A stretch of 64,000 nt of DNA from Macrostomum hystrix (Eukaryota > Animalia > Platyhelminthes). The notes under the pieces were generated by a model, which made no database searches, had not been told where the DNA came from, and saw only the letters and a program-made list of their open reading frames with translations. A program made the translations under genes and the position numbers. The stretch spans positions 2,728,001 through 2,792,000 of the forward strand of contig CATNEN010000008.1 in NCBI GenBank assembly GCA_950097015.1, in the 5' to 3' direction. Of this stretch, positions 43,743 through 57,149 are shown in pieces (positions within the stretch are counted from its first letter, which is position 1; each line of letters starts with the position of its first letter).

Positions 43743-44799
43743 AGCGCATGAATATTTTGTCCAAAAGAACCGCGCAGAAACTAAACCCTCTAGGAGAATT
43801 TCTCTGATCTCCACTCGTTCTTTTTCACTCCAATGCCGAAGTGTGTGAGTAGTTATAGTGTGCTCATATTTTGCCAACAGCTGTTGAGCACAACCCATTG
43901 CCCCAACTCCCAAACATGGCTCCAAGAATAACAATAACAAAAACTACTTAGCTTTTTGTTGAAAATTTGGCGAAAGTTGTACCTTTTTAACAAGTGCCAT
44001 TCAGGGAATTAACAAACGGAAGATTGTAACTATGGCATAGTGTAATTAAAATATTGTGATTAGCTATGATTTTTATTGCACTTTTTCGAATATGATAAAA
44101 ATTTAGTCCGAAAATGGTTAGTGTTGGTATCGAGGCACAAGTGCAGGTTATCACACACGGATTTCTAGCAAATGCAACCATAAAATTGGCACCTCCGGGG
44201 GGCAATATTGGAAGCAAGAAATGTGTGTTGCAGCAATTTTCACAGAAGTCGCACAAATATCTCTAATTCCCGTCTTTGGCTAAGATATTTGCATTACCTT
44301 GAGGCCACTGGAGGTTGGCTTGGAAGAATACTTTCCTAACCTTCAAGGAAGCAGTAAAACTATTTACGACTCTGAAGTCACAGTCACTTACTGTACGACT
44401 TTCGCTTTGTATTAAGAAATTCTAACTAACATTGTGTATTAGAAGATAGTAGAGTAGTTTGCAAACTGCAATGTTTATTAGACTGAACTACTAATGGTTC
44501 TCAAAGCGAAAGCTAAAACTTCCACAATGGTTTCCATGCTTATGTCAGTGCTCAACGACTCGCTGAAGCATATCATTCTGCAATGGTCCAACGATTGCTA
44601 ATGCAAGTTCAGAGTTAAATCCTCTGTCTTGTCTCTCTCTGGTTTCATCTGGTGCTGCAACATCTATCTCCCACGGACATTGTTTGAATTGCATATTTAT
44701 AGCTTCAATGAATCACTGCTGCTTTTGTTAATTCTGGTCACGGTTTGTACTTTACTGAACTCTGCAGATCACAAAACACTGGGATAATTATTGGGTGCT

Positions 44800-47700
44800 G
44801 GATGAGACTCTGAGTAGGATAACACATGCTGGGTGAGGCTGTGAGTAGGATAACACATGCTGGGTGAGGCTGTGAGTAGGATAACACATGCTGGGTGAGG
44901 CTGTGAGTAGGATAACACATGCTGGATGAGACTGTGAGTAGGATAACACATGCTGGATGAGGCTGTGAGTAGGATAACACATGCTGGGTGAGACTGTGAG
45001 TAGGATAACACATGCTGGATGAGGCTGTGAGTAGGATAACACATGCTGGATGAGGCTGTGAGTAGGATAACACATGCTGGGTGAGGCTGTGAGTAGGATA
45101 ACACATGCTGGGTGAGGCTTGTGAGTAGGATAACACATGCTGGGTGAGGCTGTGAGTAGGATAACACATGCTGGATGAGGCTGTGAGTAGGATAACACAT
45201 GCTGGGTGAGGCTGTGAGTAGGATAACACATGCTGGATGAGGCTGTGAGTAGGATAACACATGCTGGATGAGGCTGTGAGTAGGATAACACATGCTGGGT
45301 GAGGCTGTGAGTAGGATAACACATGCTGGGTGAGGCTGTGAGTAGGATAACACATGCTGGGTGAGGCTGTGAGTAGGATAACACATGCTGGATGAGGCTG
45401 TGAGTAGGATAACACATGCTGGGTGAGGCTGTGAGTAGGATAACACATGCTGGGTGAGGCTGTGAGTAGGATAACACATGCTGGGTGAGGCTGTGAGTAG
45501 GATAACACATGCTGGATGAGGCTGTGAGTAGGATAACACATGCTGGGTGAGGCTGTGAGTAGGATAACACATGCTGGATGAGGCTGTGAGTAGGATAACA
45601 CATGCTGGATGAGGCTGTGAGTAGGATAACACATGCTGGATGAGGCTGTGAGTAGGATAACACATGCTGGATGAGGCTGTGAGTAGGATAACACATGCGG
45701 GATGAGGCTGTGAGTAGGATAACACATGCTGGATGAGGCTGTGAGTAGGATAACACATGCTGGATGAGGCTGTGAGTAGGATAACACATGCTGGGTGAGG
45801 CTGTGAGTAGGATAACACATGCTGGGTGAGGCTGTGAGTAGGATAACACATGCTGGATGAGGCTGTGAGTAGGATAACACATGCTGGGTGAGGCTGTGAG
45901 TAGGATAACACATGCTGGGTGAGGCTGTGAGTAGGATAACACATGCTGGATGAGGCTGTGAGTAGGATAACACATGCTGGGTGAGGCTGTAAGTAGGATA
46001 ACACATGCTGGGTGAGGCTGTGAGTAGGATAACACATGCTGGGTGAGGCTGTGAGTAGGATAACACATGCTGGATGAGGCTGTGAGTAGGATAACACATG
46101 CCGGGTGAGGCTGTGAGTAGGATAACACATGCTGGATGAGGCTGTGAGTAGGATAACACATGCCGGGTGAGGCTGTGAGTAGGATAACACATGCCGGGTG
46201 AGGCTGTGAGTAGGATAACACATGCTGGGTGAGGCTGTGAGTAGGATAACACATGCTGGATGAGGCTGTGAGTAGGATAACACATGCTGGGTGAGGCTGT
46301 AAGTAGGATATCACATGCTGGATGAGGCTGTGAGTAAGATAACACATGCTGGATGAGGCTGTGAGTAGGATAACACATGCTGGATGAGGCTGTGAGTAGG
46401 ATAACACATGCTGGGTGAGGCTGTGAGTAGGATAACACATGCTGGATGAGGCTGTGAGTAGGATAACACATGCCGGGTGAGGCTGTGAGTAGGATAACAC
46501 ATGCTGGGTGAGACTGTGAGTAGGATAACACATGCTGGGTGAGGCTGTGAGTAGGATAACACATGCTGGATGAGGCTGTGAGTAGGAAAACACATGCTGG
46601 ATGAGGCTGTGAGTAGGATATCACATGCTGGATGAGACTGTGAGTAGGATAACACATGCCGGGTGAGGCTGTGAGTAGGATAACACATGCTGGATGAGGC
46701 TGTGAGTAGGATAACACATGCTGGATGAGGCTGTGAGTAGGATAACACATGCTGGATGAGGCTGTGAGTAGGATAACACATGCTGGATGAGGCTGTGAGT
46801 AGGATAACACATGCCGGGTGAGGCTGTGAGTAGGATAACACATGCTGGGTGAGGACTGTGAGTAGGATAACACATGCTGGGTGAGGCTGTGAGTAGGATA
46901 ACACATGCTGGATGAGGCTGTGAGTAGGATATCACATGCTGGATGAGACTGTGAGTAGGATATCACATGCTGGATGAGGCTGTGAGTAGGATAACACATG
47001 CTGGATGAGGCTGTGAGTAGGAAAACACATGCTGGATGAGGCTGTGAGTAGGATATCACATGCTGGATGAGACTGTGAGTAGGGAAACACATGCTGGATG
47101 AGACTGTGAGTAGGGAAACACATGCTGGATGAGGCTGTGAGTAGGATATCACATGCTGGATGAGGCTGTGAGTAGGATAAAGCATGCTGGATGAGAATGT
47201 GAGCGGGATAAGACATGCTGGATGAGGCTGTGAGTAGGAAAACACATGCTGGATGAGACTGTGAGTAGGATAAAGCATGCTGGATGAGACTGTGAGTAGG
47301 GAAACACATGCTGGATGAGGCCGTGAGTAGGGAAACACATGCTGGATGAGGCTGTGAGTAGGATAAAGCATGCTGGATGAGACTGTGAGTAGGGAAACAC
47401 ATGCTGGATGAGGCTGTAAGTAGGATAAAGCATGCTGGATGAGACTGTGAGTAGGGAAACACATGCTGGATGAGGCCGTGAGTAGGGAAACACATGCTGG
47501 ATGAGGCTGTGAGTAGGATAAAGCATGCTGGATGAGACTGTGAGTAGGGAAACACATGCTGGATGAGGCTGTGAGTAGGATAAAGCATGCTGGATGAGAC
47601 TGTGAGTAGGGAAACACATGCTGGATGAGGCCGTGAGTAGGGAAACACATGCTGGATGAGGCTGTGAGTAGGATAAAGCATGCTGGATGAGACTGTGAGT

Positions 47701-50700
47701 AGGGAAACACATGCTGGATGAGGCCGTGAGTAGGGAAACACATGCTGGATGAGACTGTGAGTAGGGAAACACATGCTGGATGAGACTGTGAGTAGGAAAA
47801 CACATGCTGGGTGAGGCTGTGAGTAGGATAACACATGCTGGATGAGGCTGTGAGTAGGATAACACATGCTGGATGAGGCTGTGAGTAGGATAACACATGC
47901 TGGATGAGGCTGTGAGTAGGATAACACATGCTGGGTGAGGCTGTGAGTAGGATAACACATGCTGGATGAGGCTGTGAGTAGGATAACACATGCTGGATGA
48001 GGCTGTGAGTAAGATAACACATGCTGGGTGAGACTGTGAGTAGGATAACACATGCTGGGTGAGGCTGTGAGTAGGATAACACATGCTGGATGAGGCTGTG
48101 AGTAGGATAACACATGCTGGGTGAGACTGTGAGTAGGATAACACATGCTGGGTGAGGCTGTGAGTAGGATAACACATGCTGGATGAGGCTGTGAGTAGGA
48201 TATCACATGCTGGATGAGACTGTGAGTAGGATATCACATGCTGGATGAGGCTGTGAGTAGGATAACACATGCTGGATGAGGCTGTGAGTAGGAAAACACA
48301 TGCTGGATGAGGCTGTGAGTAGGATATCACATGCTGGATGAGACTGTGAGTAGGGAAACACATGCTGGATGAGACTGTGAGTAGGGAAACACATGCTGGA
48401 TGAGGCTGTGAGTAGGATATCACATGCTGGATGAGGCTGTGAGTAGGATAACACATGCTGGATGAGACTGTGAGTAGGATAAAGCATGCTGGATGAGAAT
48501 GTGAGCGGGATAAGACATGCTGGATGAGACTGTGAGTAGGGAAACACATGCTGGATGAGGCTGTGAGTAGGATAACACATGCTGGATGAGGCTGTGAGTA
48601 GGAAAACACATGCTAGATGAGGCTGTGAGTAGGATAACACATGCTGGATGAGACTGTGAGTAGGATAACACATGCTGGGTGAGGCTGTGAGTAGGATAAC
48701 ACATGCTGGATGAGGCTGTGAGTAGGATAACACATGCTGGATGAGGCTGTGAGTAGGATAACACATGCTGGGTGAGGCTGTGAGTAGGATATCACATGCT
48801 GGATGAGACTGTGAGTAGGAAAACACATGCTGGATGAGGCTGTGAGTAGGATAACACATGCTGGATGAGACTGTGAGTAGGGAAACACATGCTGGATGAG
48901 ACTGTGAGTAGGGAAACACATGCTGGATGAGACTGTGAGTAGGAAAACACATGCTGGATGAGGCTGTGAGTAGGATAACACATGCTGGATGAGGCTGTGA
49001 GTAGGATAACACATGCTGGATGAGGCTGTGAGTGGGATAACACATGCTGGATGAGGCTGTGAGTGGGATAACACATGCTGGGTGAGGCTGTGAGTAGGAT
49101 AACACATGCTGGATGAGGCTGTGAGTGGGATAACACATGCTGGGTGAGGCTGTGAGTAGGATAACACATGCTGGATGAGGCTGTGAGTAGGATAACACAT
49201 GCTGGATGAGGCTGTGAGTAGGATAACACATGCTGGATGAGGCTGTGAGTAGGATAACACATGCTGGGTGAGGCTGTGAGTAGGATAACACATGCTGGAT
49301 GAGGCTGTGAGTAGGATAACACAAGCTGGATGAGGCTGTGAGTAGGATAACACATGCTGGATGAGGCTGTGAGTAGGATAACACATGCTGGATGAGGCTG
49401 TGAGTAGGATAACACATGCTGGATGAGGCTGTGAGTTGGATAAGACATGCTGGATGAGACTGTGAGTAGGATAAAGCATGCTGGATGAGAATGTGAGCGG
49501 GATAAGACATGCTGGATGAGACTGTGAGTAGGGAAACACATGCTGGATGAGGCTGTGAGTAGGATAACACATGCTGGATGAGGCTGTGAGTAGGATATCA
49601 CATGCTGGATGAGGCTGTGAGTAGGATAACACATGCTGGATGAGACTGTGAGTAGGATAAAGCATGCTGGATGAGAATGTGAGCGGGATAAGACATGCTG
49701 GATGAGACTGTGAGTAGGGAAACACATGCTGGATGAGGCTGTGAGTAGGATAACACATGCTGGATGAGGCTGTGAGTAGGAAAACACATGCTAGATGAGG
49801 CTGTGAGTAGGATAACACATGCTGGATGAGACTGTGAGTAGGATAACACATGCTGGGTGAGGCTGTGAGTAGGATAACACATGCTGGATGAGGCTGTGAG
49901 TAGGATAACACATGCTGGATGAGGCTGTGAGTAGGATAACACATGCTGGGTGAGGCTGTGAGTAGGATATCACATGCTGGATGAGACTGTGAGTAGGAAA
50001 ACACATGCTGGATGAGGCTGTGAGTAGGATAACACATGCTGGATGAGACTGTGAGTAGGGAAACACATGCTGGATGAGACTGTGAGTAGGGAAACACATG
50101 CTGGATGAGACTGTGAGTAGGAAAACACATGCTGGATGAGGCTGTGAGTAGGATAACACATGCTGGATGAGGCTGTGAGTAGGATAACACATGCTGGATG
50201 AGGCTGTGAGTGGGATAACACATGCTGGATGAGGCTGTGAGTGGGATAACACATGCTGGGTGAGGCTGTGAGTAGGATAACACATGCTGGATGAGGCTGT
50301 GAGTGGGATAACACATGCTGGGTGAGGCTGTGAGTAGGATAACACATGCTGGATGAGGCTGTGAGTAGGATAACACATGCTGGATGAGGCTGTGAGTAGG
50401 ATAACACATGCTGGATGAGGCTGTGAGTAGGATAACACATGCTGGGTGAGGCTGTGAGTAGGATAACACATGCTGGATGAGGCTGTGAGTAGGATAACAC
50501 AAGCTGGATGAGGCTGTGAGTAGGATAACACATGCTGGATGAGGCTGTGAGTAGGATAACACATGCTGGGTGAGGCTGTGAGTAGGATAACACATGCTGG
50601 ATGAGGCTGTGAGTAGGATAACACATGCTGGATGAGGCTGTGAGTAGGATAACACATGCTGGATGAGGCTGTGAGTAGGATAACACATGCTGGATGAGGC

Positions 50701-53110
50701 TGTGAGTAGGATAACACATGCTGGATGAGGCTGTGAGTTGGATAAGACATGCTGGATGAGACTGTGAGTAGGATAACACATGCTGGATGAGGCTGTGAGT
50801 TGGATAACACATGCTGGATGAGGCTGTGAGTAGGATAACACATGCTGGATGAGGCTGTGAGTAGGATAACACATGCTGGATGAGGCTGTGAGTAGGATAA
50901 CACAAGCTGGATGAGGCTGTGAGTAGGATAACACATGCTGGATGAGGCTGTGAGTAGGATAACACATGCTGGGTGAGGCTGTGAGTAGGATAACACATGC
51001 TGGATGAGGCTGTGAGTAGGATAACACATGCTGGATGAGGCTGTGAGTAGGATAACACATGCTGGATGAGGCTGTGAGTAGGATAACACATGCTGGATGA
51101 GGCTGTGAGTAGGATAACACATGCTGGATGAGGCTGTGAGTTGGATAAGACATGCTGGATGAGACTGTGAGTAGGATAACACATGCTGGATGAGGCTGTG
51201 AGTTGGATAACACATGCTGGATGAGGCTGTGAGTAGGATAACACATGCTGGATGAGGCTGTGAGTAGGATAACACATGCTGGATGAGGCTGTGAGTAGGA
51301 TAACACATGCTGGATGAGGCTGTGAGTAGGATAACACATGCTGGGTGAGGCTGTGAGTAGGATATCACATGCTGGATGAGACTGTGAGTAGGAAAACACA
51401 TGCTGGATGAGGCTGTGAGTAGGATAACACATGCTGGATGAGACTGTGAGTAGGGAAACACATGCTGGATGAGACTGTGAGTAGGGAAACACATGCTGGA
51501 TGAGACTGTGAGTAGGAAAACACATGCTGGATGAGGCTGTGAGTAGGATAACACATGCTGGATGAGGCTGTGAGTAGGATAACACATGCTGGATGAGGCT
51601 GTGAGTGGGATAACACATGCTGGATGAGGCTGTGAGTGGGATAACACATGCTGGGTGAGGCTGTGAGTAGGATAACACATGCTGGATGAGGCTGTGAGTG
51701 GGATAACACATGCTGGGTGAGGCTGTGAGTAGGATAACACATGCTGGATGAGGCTGTGAGTAGGATAACACATGCTGGATGAGGCTGTGAGTAGGATAAC
51801 ACATGCTGGATGAGGCTGTGAGTAGGATAACACATGCTGGGTGAGGCTGTGAGTAGGATAACACATGCTGGATTAGGCTGTGAGTAGGATAACACAAGCT
51901 GGATGAGGCTGTGAGTAGGATAACACATGCTGGATGAGGCTGTGAGTAGGATAACACATGCTGGGTGAGGCTGTGAGTAGGATAACACATGCTGGATGAG
52001 GCTGTGAGTAGGATAACACATGCTGGATGAGGCTGTGAGTAGGATAACACATGCTGGATGAGGCTGTGAGTAGGATAACACATGCTGGATGAGGCTGTGA
52101 GTAGGATAACACATGCTGGATGAGGCTGTGAGTTGGATAAGACATGCTGGATGAGACTGTGAGTAGGATAACACATGCTGGATGAGGCTGTGAGTTGGAT
52201 AACACATGCTGGATGAGGCTGTGAGTAGGATAACACATGCTGGATGAGGCTGTGAGTAGGATAACACATGCTGGATGAGGCTGTGAGTAGGATAACACAA
52301 GCTGGATGAGGCTGTGAGTAGGATAACACATGCTGGATGAGGCTGTGAGTAGGATAACACATGCTGGGTGAGGCTGTGAGTAGGATAACACATGCTGGAT
52401 GAGGCTGTGAGTAGGATAACACATGCTGGATGAGGCTGTGAGTAGGATAACACATGCTGGATGAGGCTGTGAGTAGGATAACACATGCTGGATGAGGCTG
52501 TGAGTAGGATAACACATGCTGGATGAGGCTGTGAGTTGGATAAGACATGCTGGATGAGACTGTGAGTAGGATAACACATGCTGGATGAGGCTGTGAGTTG
52601 GATAACACATGCTGGATGAGGCTGTGAGTAGGATAACACATGCTGGATGAGGCTGTGAGTAGGATAACACATGCTGGATGAGGCTGTGAGTAGGATAACA
52701 CATGCTGGATGAGGCTGTGAGTTGGATAAGACATGCTGGATGAGACTGTGAGTAGGATAACACATGCTGGATGAGGCTGTGAGTTGGATAACACATGCTG
52801 GATGAGGCTGTGAGTAGGATAACACATGCTGGATGAGGCTGTGAGTAGGATAACACATGCTGGATGAGGCTGTGAGTAGGATAACACATGCTGGATGAGG
52901 CTGTGAGTAGGATAACACATGCTGGATGAGGCTGTGAGTTGGATAACACATGCTGGATGAGACTGTGAGTAGGATAACACATGCTGGATGAGGCTGTGAG
53001 TTGGATAACACATGCTGGATGAGGCTGTGAGTAGGATAACACATGCTGGATGAGGCTGTGAGTAGGATAACACATGCTGGATGAGGCTGTGAGTATAGCA
53101 CGGACATGCT
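44800..53110. repeat. 31-bp satellite (gagtaggataacacatgctggatgaggctgt), about 268 units, with higher-order blocks
   Basis: Direct inspection; all giant minus-strand ORFs (up to 1486 aa) are 31-aa periodic read-throughs. Confidence 0.98.
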
Positions 53111-53504
53111 GGATACAGGAAACTGTAAAATAGTGATGTATGTCAGTCTCTCGCATGGGTATATTGCGCATAGCTTCGGCAGTTATCCATAGGCCGGACA
53201 TATTAGGTTGCAGTCAGTTTTGTTAAATTCAGTTTTAGGCAAAGCATCGCATTGATGAATTGAATTGGTTTGTTTACGGGTCTGTTTACATGAATTAGTT
53301 AAACGTGCCTTTGAATTTATGCTAATTTATTTAAGCATCCTTAAGTTAAGGGCGTTGCCTGACATGAGAAATCTGCATCTCAGGCTGCAATTGTAATTCA
53401 CTTGCGTGCCAGAAATCTGTTTTTTGCTATCGCAATATTCTGTATTAAACAAGCAGTGTTTAATGAGCCTGGTGACTTTAGTTCAAAGTAGACAAAGTAG
53501 AGGA

Positions 53505-54418
53505 AGAGATGTTAGAGAGCGAAAGAGATGGTAGAGAGAGAGCGGAAGAGATGGTAGAGAGTTGAAGAGATGGTAGAGAGCGGAAGAGATGGTAGAGAGC
53601 GGAAGAGATGGTAGAGAGCGAAAGAGATGGTAGACAGAGCGGAAGAGATGATAGAGAGAGCGGAAGAGATGGTAGAGAGCGGAAGAGATGATAGAGAGAG
53701 CGGAAGAGATGGTAGAGAGCGGAAGAGATGATAGAGAGAGCGGAAGAGATGGTAGAGAGCGGAAGAGATGGTAGAGAGCGGAAGAGATGGTAGAGAGCGG
53801 AAGAGATGGTAGAGAGCGGAAGAGATGGTAGAGAGCGGAAGAGATGTTAGAGAGCGGAAGAGATGGTAGAGAGCGGAAGAGATGGTAGAGAGCGGAAGAG
53901 ATGTTAGAGAGCGGAAGAGATGGTAGAGAGCGAAAGAGATGGTAGACAGAGCGGAAGAGATGATAGAGAGAGCGGAAGAGATGGTAGAGAGCGGAAGAGA
54001 TGGTAGAGAGCGGAAGAGATGGTAGAGAGCGGAAGAGATGGTAGAGAGCGGAAGAGCTGGTAGAGAGAGAGCGGAAGAGATGGTAGAGAGCGGAAGAGAT
54101 GTTAGAGAGCGGAAGAGATGATAGAGAGCGGAAGAGATGATAGAGAGCGGAGGAGATGGTAGAGAGCGGAAGAGATGGTAGAGAGCGGAAGAGATGGTAG
54201 AGAGCGGAAGAGATGGTAGAGAGCGGAAGAGATGGTAGAGAGCGGAAGAGATGGTAGAGAGCGGAAGAGATGGTAGAGAGCGGAAGAGATGGTAGAGAGC
54301 GGAAGAGATGGTAGAGAGCGGAAGAGATGGTAGAGAGCGGAAGAGATGGTAGAGAGCGGAAGAGATGGTAGAGAGCGGAAGAGATGGTAGAGAGCGGAAG
54401 AGATGGTAGAGAGCGGAA
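53505..54418. repeat. 19-bp purine-rich minisatellite (gagagcggaagagatggta)
   Basis: About 47 units. Confidence 0.95.
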
Positions 54419-55384
54419 ACGGCCGTGGGTTAGGGTCCAACAGAAGACGCAGACGAATCCAAGCCCAAATATGCCATGTAACTAATCAAAAACGGAAACA
54501 CAAAAGCTGGAACAAACGTAGAGACATTGATGCGCTCAAAGTCGCCCTGGTCGCCATCGTGCCGGTGGGCAGTCATGCAGCGAAAACTAGCCCACCCTCA
54601 GTGCTTTTCTTGCTTGACCAATCTCTCCTATTTTTCTCTTTCTCTGGTCTTGGTAGACTCCATAGCAGCAGCTGCCGGCCTCATCATTTCCCTGAGCTGC
54701 CAGCCTCCGCTCGTCCTCCCCTTCCCCCCAATCAATGCGCTCCGACCTCTGCCCAGAGGCACCCGTCTATCGATCTGGGGCATAACCCTTTGGACCTCAA
54801 CCGAGCCCACCCACACACACATAGCACCCCTTAAATATATAGGCATTTTTCTTGGGCTACAAATAAATTACCTAAATATTTGCCCTTTGGGCGGTTTGAG
54901 TTGAGTTGGGCTAGTGGGAGGGTGGGGTGGCTAGAATTGGCGAAGGAGTGAACTGTGTGCACTCCTACTGTGAGTGTGTTCTCACTCCCTGTTGCTCCTA
55001 GTTGCCAAGTCATCCAGTTTGATTGATTTGGACATCTTTGGCCGGAGTCCCCCAATTAGACTTTGTTATTGCAAAGTCAGTTTTGCGCACTTATTTAAAA
55101 TCATTCTCTGACGGGATAACTGCATTTCACACCCTTCTTGACCAGCTAACTGAGGTTCCTAGATGACTTTCATTAGCTTAGTCTCAGCTGGTTGATGATC
55201 GGTCTGACACTCTGCTCTTGTTTAGTTGAGTGCGTCACTTCCGCGAGTACATAATTGGGACTGGACTCGAAACTGCACCGAAACTGCACCGAAAATGCAC
55301 CGAAGTGTTTCTCTAATTTAGAGTTGAGAATTAGATGTTGGGAAGGAGATAAGTAGATTTAGGGAATGAGACATTGAGATTTAG

Positions 55385-55635
55385 GGAAGAGGGTGCAGGG
55401 AAGGAAGGAGATGCAGGGAAGGAAGCAGATGCAGGGAAGGAAGGAGATGTAGGGAAGGAAGGAGATGCAGGGAAGGAAGCAGATGCAGGGAAGGAAGGAG
55501 ATGTAGGGAAGGAAGGAGATGTAGGGAAGGAAGGAGATGCAGGGAAGGAAGCGGATGCAGGGAAGGAAGGAGATGCAGGGAAGGAAGGAGATGTAGGGAA
55601 GGAAGGAGATGTAGGGAAGGAAGGAGATGTAGGGG
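55385..55635. repeat. 18-bp minisatellite (gggaaggaaggagatgca)
   Basis: About 13 units; the DAGKEG ORF is an artefact. Confidence 0.93.
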
Positions 55636-55999
55636 TGGAGATGTTGGAAACGGAGATATTAGGTGGAAGTGGATGTGAAATGTGAACCATATAAAGTAAT
55701 TCCAATGTAAAGGTGCTAATACAGAACAGTAAGAAGTTAACTTGGCCCCAAGGGAAATATGATATCTGATTGCATTTCTACCTGACCGAATTCTCACTGT
55801 TTAGCTCGCAAAGCATGGAGAGTGTTTAGCCTGGGCATTGAGTTAGCACTAGTTCTGTGTTTGAAAACTGGCCCCTAGGTCATGAGTTCGAATCCAACAA
55901 CTGTCTACAAACATTTTTGTAAACAATGTTTTAATAAATAAAAAAATAAATTTCAGACTATTTGCACCTATACACCGGACATCACGTTAATTTGAGAAT

Positions 56000-56745
56000 A
56001 TGTCTTCTTTGAGAATTATTCTGCTGCTTCTACACGCAGGTGAGCATTCTAATCTAAATAAGGCATTTGTCACGTACGTTTAACTAAAAAAAAACTAATT
56101 TCATTCTTTTCAAAGAAGAAAAGATACACAGAATAACTATTTTGGCGTGAGCCGAGATATGAATTGTATTATTACATATCTTTTTATTCAGAATTATTAT
56201 GAATTATCAGGGGTTGTCGTTAGGGCGTCGGACTGACGAAGGTCGGGGGTTCGATTTCCCGACTCTATTGGAACATTTTGCGTCCTTTAGCTAGACACTT
56301 AACTCTGCATTGCTTCAATTCACCCAGCTGTTAAATGGGTGCCTGCGCAATAGCTGGAGCAATCATAATAGTTATTATTAGGCACAAACAGTAGTTAATG
56401 GAATACTTAGAACGGATATCCGCGTGGGAAGCCCCGCAATGAAAATGAGTCCCGCACTGAGTCAGACCTGCACACCCCCCTATGTCCCCCGTAACCCCCC
56501 CAGCTCATTCAGCATCGATTGCGTCACAGTGCTCACCCACCCACCTCACCTCCTCCACGCCCGTACGCTTTCAATTGTCTTTGTCAACTAAAAACTAGAA
56601 AACAAAAAATTGCGATGCGATATACACAAAAGCCGCGGCTCAGCTTTCTCCCAGTTCAGAGTTTCCTGGAAAGAGGAGGATGGGAGACGGGAGACTGGAC
56701 GGTTTGTTACACTGGTGTGGGTCTAATAATTGAAGCCAGTTTCAG
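56000..56745 (+). CDS. Candidate secreted-protein gene, first exons 56000-56039 and about 56655-56745
   Basis: ATG then MSSLRIILLLLHA with a CAG|gtgagc donor; phase-compatible exon VQSFLERGGWETGDWTVCYTGVG.. with an AG|gtaaaa donor. No homology recognised. Confidence 0.3.
56210..56380 (+). mobile_element. Family A CORE-like SINE, internally deleted copy
   Basis: gttagggcgtcggactgacgaaggtcggggg..tcctttagctagacacttaactctgcattgc..aaatgggtgc joined directly to gcgcaatagctg. Confidence 0.75.
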
Positions 56746-57149
56746 GTAAAATGGATAATGAATGGGATTTCACAGTGAGTTGAGTTATGCATGGGAAGGT
56801 AGAATAGCCCTAAAGCCAAGTCTTGTCGTGTGGCAATGTTCCAAAAAATCCTTCCCAGCTTCCATGCGAGGCAGTTTAAGCAGCATCGTTTGCATTCTTC
56901 ATCAAAGCTTGAGTCATTTTTCATCCTACGAAACTGGGCGACTCCTAGAAGAAATTTAATGAAGTCGCGGCCACACTTTCTGCCCTTCTGGCTTACAAAG
57001 GCCTGCGGTGTGACCTTAATAAAGGCTTTTAATCCAATAGCTCGCTTTGTCAGCTCCAAGCTTATTGCTGTTATTAGTATATTCATTGTCGATATGATGC
57101 TGTAGGAATAGAACTGATTAATGACTTGAGCAATTTCGCAGTGACAGTG

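Noticed and set aside
43741-43940. ITTHTLRH / HTH-like peptide suggesting a recombinase or transposase
   Set aside because: Only about 60 non-repetitive codons with no other catalytic motifs; the rest of the ORF is the 20-bp array.
44738-53201. Giant minus-strand ORFs up to 1486 aa
   Set aside because: They are read-throughs of a 31-bp satellite, open in all three frames with 31-aa periodicity; no coding signature.
55825-55900. tRNA-like sequence with gagttcgaatcc
   Set aside because: B-box only, no cloverleaf; at most a decayed SINE head.
56742-57105. Overlapping ORFs of 114 aa (-) and 91 aa (+)
   Set aside because: No recognisable domain; the strand cannot be decided without expression data.
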